Part shown: positions 27,501 through 33,052 of the stretch, piece by piece
Layout: the number at the start of each line of letters is the position of its first letter
How positions within the stretch are numbered: the stretch's first letter is position 1
Origin: an uncultured Clostridia bacterium
Lineage (GTDB): Bacteria > Bacillota > Clostridia > Christensenellales > Borkfalkiaceae
Assembly (NCBI GenBank): GCA_946628865.1
Contig: CAMOXE010000097.1
Span: 1 to 59,421 of the forward strand
Reading direction: 5' to 3'
DNA: 59,421 nucleotides
Program-made: the position numbers and the translations under genes
The notes under the pieces: generated by a model
What the model saw: only the letters and a program-made list of their open reading frames with translations
Database searches by the model: none
Told to the model about the DNA's origin: nothing

Positions 27501-27623
27501 TTCGAGTTTACGAGAGAATACACGGCGAACTTCGCTACGACGGTAACCGTAATAGTAGTGTGCTTATTGATAGCCGTCGGGCTTTTGGTGGTATTGATTT
27601 TGCGCAAGCGCGTGAAAGTATAA
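15543..27623 (+). CDS. 4,026-aa giant cell-surface protein: N-terminal signal/anchor helix, Calx-beta-like and Ig-like modules, C-terminal TM tail anchor
   Basis: N-terminus KILKPITLITAIALAIGCLFAFL and C-terminus TVTVIVVCLLIAVGLLVVLILRKRVKV, with no LPXTG. Calx-beta-like RTRNATAVAGVDYTAFDG and RTRDRSAIAALGDYDAFE. About 11 modules end in a D-x-x-G-N motif (DRAGN, DRSGN, DWFGN, DALGN, DGFGN, DVAGN, DDLGN, NAAGN and others). Confidence 0.92.
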   Translation: MIGKRKILKPITLITAIALAIGCLFAFLPNKDNARALENPTWVNDNEVGISFNETKLDTTYNTSANEDTVTVIIACGVPSTVKMNEVKVKIRTRNATAVAGVDYTAFDGVVSLRRSNSWNGVCFDTISIKVNKNVERFVVDGVKPYFEIELYEVLTAGFKIKSAAKLLVVNLTSVADKLHTYLTNNELGHRILGEYAGFTYGNYDGLKIYHENKSGQTLNASQTFKDKDGGIIGRDYLDTGFANLYAGGYCKLDESGVTMPSWCTLKLYDGNTSGTQVYTVRLRHIDYDALYFGQSYGDMLHEDEAFATDYVFKSKGNLNWGDYYYMNFQSRTIYETFKSDSNWYRETYDWNLYWIPVDESQPKIKGWYVDQSTVRKGDKIRISVRFNEPINVAATDVPNIRLRTKLSGAGGFNNYSATFTCVSKVQTQGHCSDTLVFEFDPSKALDAYGDPLIGTINNIEVEGFDNIDKVRDYGRNREDENNRCKSYATLSALEADKCAPRQVKSSLTLSFDNRSPVVEDSEDIPSEYVSSFKTQVTASGTSNMEGLYYLWSTAPDLNYARIVDPKAADLEDYYELDGAEFRKTTDTAIDIEKDYFVKKEGDEAINLARVYELERNYRAFKPDEYLYPLMWYRYLTPYQIGYSANGVIETELQRTSGTYYLYVFAKSTYSDENSTMRRFGPVRVDAAPPELDEMTIDGTVQEKNVSAKIKDLSGVKTVVLYLSEKYLECGNPDKVLTVLERNADGTFSDPNDFGVQFTDGVLTFKIYADTHVGLKDAEGEKSFGDYYVGLTATDVVGNVSEMLASETSETFDMRAVFAPTVKIGGETVTDDTADRNVIFDKTTFYAENAYVVDISSGPVKIVIGHPGKSDPTGGYRLDKAYKIEQNTRIGLRPYDDNSIGQNEIKYFTDYLVDDKNGNDAEISFFATTVGFYEFTTIATLGDDTSYSKTQRFYVTDGNQNSEVGNYGKIFGVGVNLKNEVFALGSARFYSRTGPGMGSSVSAYYNDSVETLAFSSRDKAADYVRTMEYKDLYAVRLTEADVTAFSNGVLSVEREESRKPAKGDVWIRYKSTTWNFSTAQRDWAYYYLGGADKSVKLDVNALPPRLVSVIDKVVSIIIGNGSVMYLNSMNGTNEGGALYLDPARVPQAFTADKSYDGTTELTYGGDGENPLIYTFDSDIFYDKYNDRDDATLISSYTFEYINTTKLYYAPAQFDEEGKVVLTMDAYKNEFKLLATPYLTQSATESGVYVIRELDENGLRDYAVYVDKDTPSILTQYKDLNGENHNNVWWNQDSEGEILHTTQFNIQFIEDKKFSSGLSYDDYHENGVDADTFSYVAVFNITSGEKVLEDEFSLKDLAAESKSYDLPYGIFLLEIYDRAGNCFTMTVSRAEKPLDTRIEVTENDNVTYIIPDRLPSEIDSVYVSRPGRAAELVDFAEEAVTFTDDYGKTHYGLVYTDAGRYEFTVTDKYGYTISPANDPDVGKGHSLATLTRVNPYETVKWVTRTDDGKFVDLDENDVNLFRTDNYYITSDDKLSFVLDSTTVYSYAFTGNVKATPIQRTINGKTYIYVNVDSSERWSVKIYYTLYPDICVTYNRIAKKSVVPAAINLRASDKDSKGVAQADLTNRIVVYVGTQDEIIEPITVTLRTRDRSAIAALGDYDAFESEVTLTPSVKEQMVVIQTHPSGFSTYNSVTYEYGNRTFDLFIDSIEGNGEKGKATLECACPGSQELNITVKDGLQVFDEYLKGAKFGLPNVAFERLYSNTQTNRYQEKTADFSINPTWMSTFVNTGIADVYVGAKLSLSASDISEYKPLRLTLSETSSNSQLFRVYINEIEENKNVVFGSSYDGGLKVTDETYDKDRSIVLSEMRGVASAGRYFLMPNGAKGNFRFNVYEEEGMYITYVSAGQGGSYPVYNYVVPARNVNDAVASGLLIDSKAPTVESWHIDHNTIRVGENLRLSLRFSEPVYISGKAPVITANVASALTSIDFTYAGGAGTDTLYFEFDPSAYGGEVNADAISLVSVTNFGSICDYGYNASKRNNYAVTPTLPKNTEWDPSCSLDTRLPVIDLDVNYLIPSTPQRTASVPIAISKTTAGAKMEYAWTIESAAPAAYEKSLTLTGSQQKVNIEAKDLSGTYYLHVYMKSVYGKVSTKTFGPFLFDNTPPSVTNLMVEEATKGLRERNVVFYVGDEPYGSASAGVAQIYVYYSFKGGEPQTKLLYDRNQDEKKNLVKIPENNRVTLLLSYEDLGIKKEEQKDVTLAFYAVDGLGNVVNMSGYTFCPTTVNFDARSEVEVAMTCSKSEFFNADGTPVYNVRDGYPRFDFAFSRQADEYDIRELYINGNKIAEDKYADYADYYSDAFGVHITFKNTVFGFIRVNFKAITGLKDNQTVQESSDVTLYLTSGSDAAQTANYKNTQSGTLLINKVYMLDTSVYYYHNGEGVRQLNYNDTTRLMAFSSRDKAVEFVRYYEMQDLGVLNVTSASVASSLNTGDGTYRKASADPSVMASVGQVWLRYKRATWDNATTPEAWVYYYYGTTSEIDPERLPSSLSAAIAQVTDTIVDRGGYVYLTGGNDGLDKNGSPYLHESQIALERLTSFITKTGADMRSAVNYSGDPGIYDSQIVTSAGETCSLVTTYQFEYGEYTKIFYTNQTDADGNPIVKEFKLLPAGTVFGSLNIDGGVYWLRECDESGMRDYKVFLDKTAPTVNVSYENARGDTVTRELDSSIDGTTVNGKTLRVTGFSTTATELDSMAYIAVFKKNGVLVNVYRQEDIPRTGVEISDGQYFLEISDRSGNVYRVNVSMNSTPMTVKVNVEENRRIQITCNRDATEIKNFEIYLDGKLIESNYSSNLTYYQAGVYSIRIEDWFGNTFTYDYELKRELPKINWNYVENEEYFAYDGTQSCLRISKTGEREYQIVTNKALMFTFDTQAGYEYEFDDKSLAYTVKEFSGLTRVRINDAVDWTLTVRYARYPEIYVVYNCVTDMAAPIINVTARQDVIKYFDMQQLEELNGTLGPDLEHYAEFFTPDNIYFEVSKTVPKAVRENSTVFSPLITLQFTDKSICNHVEVYLDGVMIREFTENEGVSNVTVTRFGEYRIVARDALGNESEFCFINDKSDGAEFYADGKELAPKISPAESIVFENDEYSYPSDAYAYESLEMAYDSGATIAIAVEKNGEKKYLRFESINGALYQVAYMLMPLTDEQGNPVYDGNGDEVYSYRQIYAATIISDVATAEKDKTYVLATAQEAGVDVYVRFDEEERMYYRIDAPKDGEAIVELRVTYNEEYQPYFLKAVMCGKLPEIALEKVDDGERVTPASTDEKIYLSGGFFIAETAFDGITEITAAYSETTEFGEYQTVYTPSDGYVKIVFESEGFYSIKVKNIYGRVAEFTVIMANELRVVVTAEYDDGEANQFLASNGQSFKANESVTVDVYFERITYVLTYNGVEQTPVQLYDPNGTCSVKWKDAGVYALKLTDGFGNEVDVSFEIKDQPFAFKQDYLIGYNEKALRKDEGYTNNKLSVNADRMIDDGIYEVKIIYGEEEYVVFDVLKTNGVPLSEDRLNGVIGRFGDGEYVLKMRSAYGNVTETVLHYRETDTLSVSRTIRTSRESEPIGIAYGEVNKIYSNYSVTFETVAGRYEIRIDGNRADMPLVVAYPTDGEEAGEYVKTVTYIDEYGFEYEFEVNLVRKILEIKLSDYMDVFTVNEQTVTKGDVKIEFDSAVSCEVSRSGGERVPYTSGEVLTADGVYRFYITDVAGNVFTAMVKKDTLVEFTFINAATDRAIENGGVITEGSARFTPVNSDSAHIDLAVLNGEEYVSSTSTAFNETGKWEFIVSDDLGNRAYYYFYVVEHSLARFEYESPYAYKISSVQYDGGDGVLVSYNSSVIQNALNSRMIFSESGTYFVTVESLASAAQFGFNVAIDRTPPTAKLVGAENGGSTTKNVTLANCKSGEKIEIYKNGDLIQTTAVTSDTMRMPEIKEEGEYRIVVSNAAGNSQVFEFTREYTANFATTVTVIVVCLLIAVGLLVVLILRKRVKV
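15660..24470 (+). repeat. Internal duplication within the 4,026-aa gene: unit A about 15660-20340, unit B about 20340-24470 (boundaries approximate)
   Basis: Six collinear protein anchor pairs, listed in the corresponding finding. Divergent at the nucleotide level. Confidence 0.8.
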
Positions 27624-27680
27624 ACCGCACGGGAAAATCTTTTCCGCGCTTACCGCCGTAGGCGCGTGAAAGTACACCGC
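27608..27680 (+). repeat. In-frame echo of the last codons of the 4,026-aa gene
   Basis: gcgcgtgaaagta at 27608-27620 and again at 27662-27674, each followed by (t/c)a..ccgc. The offset is 54 nt, or 18 codons. Confidence 0.7.
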
Positions 27681-27694
27681 CGCGTAATGCGGAT

Positions 27695-27731
27695 ATTGTA
27701 ATAGATTTGTAACACCCAAAAGTGTTATAAT
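27695..27731 (+). promoter_or_regulatory. Candidate operator site C (ATTGTAAT-AGA-TTTGTAAC) overlapping the -35 position of an extended -10 promoter (TGtTATAAT)
   Basis: Repeats at 27695-27702 and 27706-27713. TGTTATAAT at 27723-27731, 37 nt before the ATG at 27768. Confidence 0.6.
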
Positions 27732-27767
27732 AATAGAAAAAATTTTTATAAGGAAGGTAAAAGTACC

Positions 27768-28064
27768 ATGAAATCAATGTTGCTAATGACTTCGGCAGAA
27801 ATGACGAAAATTATCAGCCCCATCCTCGAGGTCTGCAAAGTCCTCGTACCCGCTCTTTTAGCCGTTGTAGGCGCGGTCGGAGCGATCTACTGCATTTTGC
27901 TCGGCGTCAAATACGCGCGCGCAAGCGAGCCGCAGGAACACGAAAACGCGAAAAAAGCGCTTCAACACGCTATTGTGGGATTCGTTCTCATTTTCGTTCT
28001 TCTCATAATGTTACAAGTCGGCATATCGATCTTCACGGATTGGTGGCAAGGATATGCGTATTAA
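27768..28064 (+). CDS. 98-aa two-TM membrane protein, VirB2/TrbC pilin-like topology
   Basis: RBS AAGGAAGG. Hydrophobic helix VLVPALLAVVGAVGAIYCILLGV, charged loop KYARASEPQEHENAKKALQH, then a second helix AIVGFVLIFVLLIMLQVGISIF. First gene of the apparatus operon. The call rests on topology and context only. Confidence 0.45.
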   Translation: MKSMLLMTSAEMTKIISPILEVCKVLVPALLAVVGAVGAIYCILLGVKYARASEPQEHENAKKALQHAIVGFVLIFVLLIMLQVGISIFTDWWQGYAY

Positions 28065-28941
28065 AAAGAAAGACATCTTTCTTTTTATCGCAACCTTAAT
28101 CGCGGCAATAGCCCTATCGGGGTGCTACGAACTCGGCGACGCAACCGAGAACGACGAAGAATATCGCAGTAATTATTCCATCATACGGTTTATAGGCAGG
28201 AAAGGCGAAACCGCATCTTTTGGCATGAAAGATTTTTATACCAAAGAGGCGGTAAACGACTTCGCTTCGCCGATGTCGGAAGAACTGCGTCAAAAATACT
28301 CCTACATCATGATAAAGTCCGAAAACTCGGTGAGTTTGGGCGAACTCGCGATGTATTTTGAATCCGACGTAGCGGCGGAGGTTTTCGTGTCCGTGTTTAT
28401 ACTGAGCGAGGACGAACTCCCCACGAAACTCTACGACGGAGAGAACGGGGAAGTATCGGAGGAGGACTGCGACGAGCCGGAAAACGAAGCGGCGGTGACG
28501 GAACTTTCTTTTCGCGTTACCGGCGCGGAAGCGTCTGCCAAAAAAAGGTGGCAACCCATGTATCTCAAGTCGTGGGCAAAGGCGGGCGCGCCGAAAGTCA
28601 AGAGGTTGAATATCGAAGGCGGGCAATATATCGTTTTTCGCATAAAAAACAACTGTTACGACCCCGCGCTGCGCGTCTTTAACCGCGCAAAAAAAGAGTG
28701 GCAAGCAGTAGTGGACGACTACACGGCAAAAGAGGCTGCGCTAAAAGCGGTTTCAGAGGACTCGTCCGCGACCGCAGACCAAAAAGTCGCCGCCAAGAAC
28801 GCGTTCGACGCCGCCGCCAAAGCGAAAGCCGTCGCCGACGCGTCGTATAGTCAAGCGCTTGAACGCTACGAAAGAGAAAAAGCGCCGGAAATGACAGAGG
28901 TTTCGTTCAGGATCACCGCGGTTTTGATAAACGCGGAGTAA
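28054..28941 (+). CDS. 295-aa lipoprotein, T4SS-associated, function unknown
   Basis: Signal peptide with lipobox IALSGC. 11-nt overlap with the upstream gene. Ala/Lys-rich helical C-terminus. Confidence 0.8.
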   Translation: MRIKKKDIFLFIATLIAAIALSGCYELGDATENDEEYRSNYSIIRFIGRKGETASFGMKDFYTKEAVNDFASPMSEELRQKYSYIMIKSENSVSLGELAMYFESDVAAEVFVSVFILSEDELPTKLYDGENGEVSEEDCDEPENEAAVTELSFRVTGAEASAKKRWQPMYLKSWAKAGAPKVKRLNIEGGQYIVFRIKNNCYDPALRVFNRAKKEWQAVVDDYTAKEAALKAVSEDSSATADQKVAAKNAFDAAAKAKAVADASYSQALERYEREKAPEMTEVSFRITAVLINAE

Positions 28942-28951
28942 AGGAGAAAAA

Positions 28952-30346
28952 ATGTTCGATTGGTTTTGGGAATTTTTATACGGAATTACTAAATCCCTTC
29001 TGCGCCTAATAGACGGGCTTATTTCCTGTGCAAACAAATTGTGCGGAATAGAAACCGTCAACATCGGCGGTACCGAAACCGATTTGGTTTCATACATGAT
29101 GAGGAGCGAAACGCTGTCAAACGCCTTCAGGGTCGCCGCGGTTATCGGGTTTGTCGTTCTGATATTTTTCACGATTGCGAGGATCATAATGGTCATCGTA
29201 AAAGAAAAACCGGATATGTCTCCCGGTCAGGTTGCGGTAAAGGCGTTCAAAACCTTGTTGCTGTTTTTGTTCGTTCCCGCCATAATGATCACCGCCATAT
29301 GGGCGCTCAATACGCTTATGGGCATATTATACAGCGTAACCAGAAACGGCTCGCAAAACCTCGGCAGTTTCCTTTTCGGAATCTTTTCGCAGGACGCGGA
29401 AATCACGAACCCGACGCTGTACGAAGAGATAGTCGCCGGCACTAAGAGTTACGTCGACACCGACCTCGTTTCCGAAGCGATCGACTTGTCCGATTTCGAC
29501 TTCCTCTATTCTTGGGCGGCGGGGCTGGTGCTGCTGTTTACGCTGACCAGCGCCATGGTTCAGTTCGTAGACCGCGCCATAAGCATAGGCGTGTTGTTCG
29601 TGGTGTCTCCGTTTTCGGTCGCGTCGTCCGTTCTTGACGACGGCGGGAGGTTTAAGTTATGGAGAGAGCAGGTGCTTATCAAGTTTATGTCCGGCTACGG
29701 CATAATTCTGTATCTGAACATATACTGCCTGCTCATTTCGATTATAACACCGTCGTCGGTAGTATTTTATCCCGACAGCGGACTTATCAACGGCATTTTC
29801 AAACTACTGATAATAATCGGCGGAGCGTTCGCAATGCAAAGAGGCTCCGCGCTGATAGGCAATCTTCTCTCTGCGGGCGGAGGCTCGAGAGAACTTATGG
29901 ATTCTTCGCTTGGTCGTCTCGGCGCGTCCGCGATAACGGGCGGCGGCAAACTCGTCGGCAAAGGCATTTTTGCGGGCGGCAAAAAACTTTGGGGGAAACT
30001 CTCCTCTAAAGACAAGAAAAGCGACGACGCCAAGAAAGACGAATCAAAATCCGCAGAGGGAGAGGCGAAGGACGATTCTTCCACGGGCGAGAAATTCGAC
30101 AAAGACCCGAAGTACGGCGACAAGAAAGATCTTTCGTCTAAACTCAAGAACGAATCGCAGCCCAAACCCGCGGGCGACGGAGCCGCCAAAAAGGACGGCG
30201 ATAACGGCGGAGCAAAGGACAACGCGAGCGGCACGAAATTCGACAACGATAAAAACGACCTTAACAAATCGCGCAGCGACGCCATAAAAAATTCGCTCGA
30301 CAATTTCGAGAGCCCGGGGAGTATAAACGATCCCGACGAGGATTAA
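28952..30346 (+). CDS. 464-aa polytopic membrane protein, VirB6/TrbL-like, with a ~115-aa K/D/S-rich disordered tail
   Basis: RBS AAGGAGAA. At least 6 hydrophobic helices. Positioned between the pilin-like gene and virB4-like gene, as in Gram-positive T4SS operons. The family call is an inference from context. Confidence 0.5.
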   Translation: MFDWFWEFLYGITKSLLRLIDGLISCANKLCGIETVNIGGTETDLVSYMMRSETLSNAFRVAAVIGFVVLIFFTIARIIMVIVKEKPDMSPGQVAVKAFKTLLLFLFVPAIMITAIWALNTLMGILYSVTRNGSQNLGSFLFGIFSQDAEITNPTLYEEIVAGTKSYVDTDLVSEAIDLSDFDFLYSWAAGLVLLFTLTSAMVQFVDRAISIGVLFVVSPFSVASSVLDDGGRFKLWREQVLIKFMSGYGIILYLNIYCLLISIITPSSVVFYPDSGLINGIFKLLIIIGGAFAMQRGSALIGNLLSAGGGSRELMDSSLGRLGASAITGGGKLVGKGIFAGGKKLWGKLSSKDKKSDDAKKDESKSAEGEAKDDSSTGEKFDKDPKYGDKKDLSSKLKNESQPKPAGDGAAKKDGDNGGAKDNASGTKFDNDKNDLNKSRSDAIKNSLDNFESPGSINDPDED

Positions 30347-30364
30347 GGAGGACGCAAATAACCG

Positions 30365-33025
30365 ATGAGAGTTATACCTAAAACCGCAAAAGTAAAAGTT
30401 CAATTTTTTAAAAACATATCGGTAGCGGATATTCTGTTCGCCTTGCTCGGGCTGGTGCTTGTCGTGGTGATATGTCTGAGCAATATCGGCATATCCCGCT
30501 TTTTCATAGCGCTGGTAGTCGCGTGCGCGGTAGGCTGTCTGTTTCTTCCTTACGACGGGCAGAGGTTTTATCTGTTTTTCAGAACGTTCGTGCGATATTT
30601 GTTTTCGGTCAAGAAATACGTCAAGCAAGACGTCGAAAGCGCGTCGAGCGTCAAGGCGATTTTCGCGTTTAAAAACGTCAAGGACGGCTATATCGAATTC
30701 GGCGATTATTACGCCGGCGTTTTAGAGATAGGCTCGAGAGAGTTCAGGCTGCTCACGGGCTTTCGCCAGGACCAGATAATAAACAACCATTTCGGAAAAG
30801 TCATCCGCGCCATATCGGGCAAAACGCGCGCGTCGCTCGTCAAGATAGACAAGAAAATCAATTTCGAGGACTTTATCGCAAGGGAAGAAGTAAAGCGCGA
30901 AGACTTGAAAAAGACCTTCGACGCAGGCGAACTTACCGAGCAGGAACTGTTTGTCCGCGAACGCGTTTTGCAAGACAGAATAGCGGTGTATAACAATCTC
31001 AATTCGTCCGGCGCGGACAAGATAATGGCGCCGTCGTTTTATCTCGTCGTATACGACGCGCAAAAAAGCGTTATCGACGAAGTGCTTTCAAACGCCGTCG
31101 AAACGTTCGCCGAAGCCGGTATGGAGTCGCACGTTTTAAACACGAAAGAATTATGCGTGTTTTTAAAGTACAACTACACGGATAAGTTCAACGAAGAGGA
31201 CGTCGACGTGATCGACGAGCGCGAATATATGAATTGGATACTTCCCGACGAAGTTTCGTTCACTTCGAGAAGTACCGTCATAGACGGCGAAGAGAGTTTC
31301 TGCTTTACTATCCGCAACTATCCGCTCACGGTCGGCAACGCGTGGGGTTTTCAACTCTTCAACACCGAGGACACGAAAGTCGTGATGAATTTAGAGCCTT
31401 TCGAGAAGGACAAAGCCGTAAGGATGATAGACCGCTCGTTGCAGGAACTGCTTTCTCAAAGCGAGCAGTCATACAGGGCGAGTTCGGTTATCGACAAGAC
31501 CACGCATATCAACACCTTGGTGCAACTTCTCGCTCTGCTTAAAAACGACAACGAAAACCTTTACAAGGTAAACATACACGTTACGCTATATAACCGCGAG
31601 AAACAAAAGAAAAAGGACCTTAAAAAGCGCCTTATGCGCGTGCTGTCCGAGCAAGGTTTTGAACTTTCGGACGATTTTTGCAACCAAAACCGCGCGTTTA
31701 TCTCGATGAACCTTTCCCAAAACGACGTGATGACGGAATTTCAGCGCTCGATACACTCGAATTCCGTGGCGGCGGTGTTCCCGTTCGTGTTGTCGACGAT
31801 AATGGAAAAGGGCGGCGTGACGATAGGTCAAAGCAAGGGTTTCCCGGTAATAGTAGATTTCTTTGCGCGTAACAACGAGAGGGTAAACTCAAATATGGTA
31901 ATAATGGGAAAGTCCGGATCCGGAAAATCCTATTCCACCAAGACATTGCTTACGCATTTGGCGACGGAGAACTGTAAGATATTTATCCTCGACCCCGAGA
32001 ACGAATACGACGTCATGGCGTCGAATCTCGGCGGAAAACTGATAGACGGAGGAACGGCGAGCCACGGCAAACTCAATCCTTTCCACGTCATAACTACGCT
32101 CGACGCCGACGAAGATACGGACGGAGCGAGCAGCGCGTTTTCGGTTCACTTACAGTTTTTGGAACAGTTTTTCCGCGAAATACTTCCCGGCATCGGCGCG
32201 CACGCGCTCGAGACCTTAAACAACCTTATCGTCGAGTTATACGCGAAAAAGGGCATCACCGAAGAATCGGATTTTTCGGCATTAAAGCCGGAGGACTATC
32301 CGATATTCGACGACTTATACGCGTTCATTATGGAAAAATTAGAGGTTGCGGAAGTCGCGTATGACGTTGAAAACCTGAGGATATTGAAAAACTTCATATC
32401 CAAGTTCGCCTCCGGCGGCAGAAACTCGAAACTCTGGAACGGTCCGAGTACGCTGTCGGTCAAAGAGAACTTTGCTGTGTTCAACTTCCAATCCCTCCTC
32501 GCCAACAAAAACGGCGTAATAGCAAACGCGCAGATGCTGCTCGTTTTAAAGTGGCTCGACAACGAGATAATCAAAAACAGAGATTTCAATTTAAAGTACA
32601 ATACTAACAGAAAAATAATCGTCGCAATCGACGAGGCGCACGTCTTTATAGACCCGAAATACCCTATCGCGCTCGACTTTATGTATCAACTTGCAAAGCG
32701 TATCCGTAAATACAACGGTATGCAGATAATAATCACTCAAAACATAAAGGACTTCGTGGGAAGTCAGGAGATAATAAGAAAATCCACCGCGATAATAAAC
32801 GCTTGTCAGTATTCGTTTATATTCGCCTTAGCGCCTAACGACATGGACGATCTTTGCACGCTTTACAGCAAAGCGGGAAATATAAACTCCGCGGAGCAAG
32901 ACCAGATAATCAACAATTCGAGGGGCAGCGCGTTTATAATAACCGGACCGCAGTCGAGAACGAGCATAGACATAATAGCCTCCGAGAGGGTAGCGTCTTT
33001 ATTCGGAGAGAAGAAAGCGCAATAA
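30365..33025 (+). CDS. VirB4/TraE/PrgJ-type T4SS ATPase with an N-terminal two-TM VirB3/PrgI-like segment
   Basis: N-terminus ISVADILFALLGLVLVVVICLSNIGISRFFIALVVACAVGCLFLP, Walker A VIMGKSGSGKSY, FILDPENEY, Walker B VAIDEAHVF and IIITQNIKDF. Confidence 0.85.
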   Translation: MRVIPKTAKVKVQFFKNISVADILFALLGLVLVVVICLSNIGISRFFIALVVACAVGCLFLPYDGQRFYLFFRTFVRYLFSVKKYVKQDVESASSVKAIFAFKNVKDGYIEFGDYYAGVLEIGSREFRLLTGFRQDQIINNHFGKVIRAISGKTRASLVKIDKKINFEDFIAREEVKREDLKKTFDAGELTEQELFVRERVLQDRIAVYNNLNSSGADKIMAPSFYLVVYDAQKSVIDEVLSNAVETFAEAGMESHVLNTKELCVFLKYNYTDKFNEEDVDVIDEREYMNWILPDEVSFTSRSTVIDGEESFCFTIRNYPLTVGNAWGFQLFNTEDTKVVMNLEPFEKDKAVRMIDRSLQELLSQSEQSYRASSVIDKTTHINTLVQLLALLKNDNENLYKVNIHVTLYNREKQKKKDLKKRLMRVLSEQGFELSDDFCNQNRAFISMNLSQNDVMTEFQRSIHSNSVAAVFPFVLSTIMEKGGVTIGQSKGFPVIVDFFARNNERVNSNMVIMGKSGSGKSYSTKTLLTHLATENCKIFILDPENEYDVMASNLGGKLIDGGTASHGKLNPFHVITTLDADEDTDGASSAFSVHLQFLEQFFREILPGIGAHALETLNNLIVELYAKKGITEESDFSALKPEDYPIFDDLYAFIMEKLEVAEVAYDVENLRILKNFISKFASGGRNSKLWNGPSTLSVKENFAVFNFQSLLANKNGVIANAQMLLVLKWLDNEIIKNRDFNLKYNTNRKIIVAIDEAHVFIDPKYPIALDFMYQLAKRIRKYNGMQIIITQNIKDFVGSQEIIRKSTAIINACQYSFIFALAPNDMDDLCTLYSKAGNINSAEQDQIINNSRGSAFIITGPQSRTSIDIIASERVASLFGEKKAQ

Positions 33026-33052
33026 ATCAAATATTGACGAGAGGAACGTTTT

